The notes under the pieces were generated by a model, which saw nothing but the letters and a program-made list of their open reading frames with translations, was not told where the DNA came from and searched no databases. From a virus, in UHGV virus genome UHGV-0113213: DNA of 52,407 nucleotides; one strand, given 5' to 3'. Every line of letters starts with the position of its first letter. Position 1 is the stretch's first letter. This document shows positions 52,358 to 52,407 of this stretch, piece by piece. Both the position numbers and the translations under genes were made by a program.

Positions 52358-52407
52358 TCTGATACCTCTTTTTGGTCACGATTTGGTACACAGTTTTATC
52401 TGAACGG

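Larger units (their letters stand above)
1..52407. mobile_element. Lambdoid temperate siphovirus genome segment / prophage (integration module at right end)
   Basis: Gene content and order from ORF translations: tyrosine integrase, AlpA-like Xis, CI-like repressor, N-like and Q-like antiterminators, Erf/SSB, NinB/NinG/RusA, holin-SAR endolysin-Rz/Rz1, TerS/TerL/portal, lambda-like H-M-L-K-I-J tail genes. Confidence 0.85.

Overview
This window reads as most of a lambdoid temperate siphovirus genome or prophage, with integrase and excisionase at the right end. All calls come from reading the supplied ORF translations and the DNA by eye; no database search was run, so family names rest on remembered motifs and on synteny. 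Starts I moved away from the ORF track may be off by a few nucleotides.

Layout: minus strand, right to left, runs from the CI-like repressor (42511-43158) through an N-like antiterminator, Erf/SSB recombination genes, many small early genes, Dam and C5-like methyltransferases, NinG, RusA and Q (32694-33422), then about 25 small accessory genes, the lysis cassette (holin, SAR endolysin, Rz/Rz1), TerS/TerL, portal, head genes and a lambda-like tail cluster (H, M, L, K, I, J, side fibre). Plus strand, rightward from the immunity region, carries a replication module (initiator, DnaB-like helicase), NinB and excisionase, converging on a tyrosine integrase at 51167-52357.

Most unusual observations:
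- A translationally coupled array of eleven mini-genes (23644-24602) encoding 20-47 aa single-helix membrane peptides, directly downstream of a small HExxH protein and upstream of terminase. At least four more such peptides are scattered elsewhere.
- A small-protein paralog family with four tandem copies at 28676-29581 and one copy inserted into the tail operon at 8565-8762.
- Four opposite-strand moron cassettes inside the tail cluster (three lipoproteins, two acidic proteins, an HTH protein, a possible two-gene pair), each with its own promoter and bidirectional terminator.
- A recurrent promoter module: a CRP-like palindrome, then a TACAAAATGG element abutting the -35.
- Three nut-like sites sharing a near-identical boxA, one of them internal to the leftward operon.
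- A protein with three tandem zinc-ribbon repeats and a T5orf172/GIY-YIG-like C-terminus, next to an HTH-metallophosphoesterase fusion upstream of the helicase.

No tRNA, rRNA or CRISPR array was recognised.
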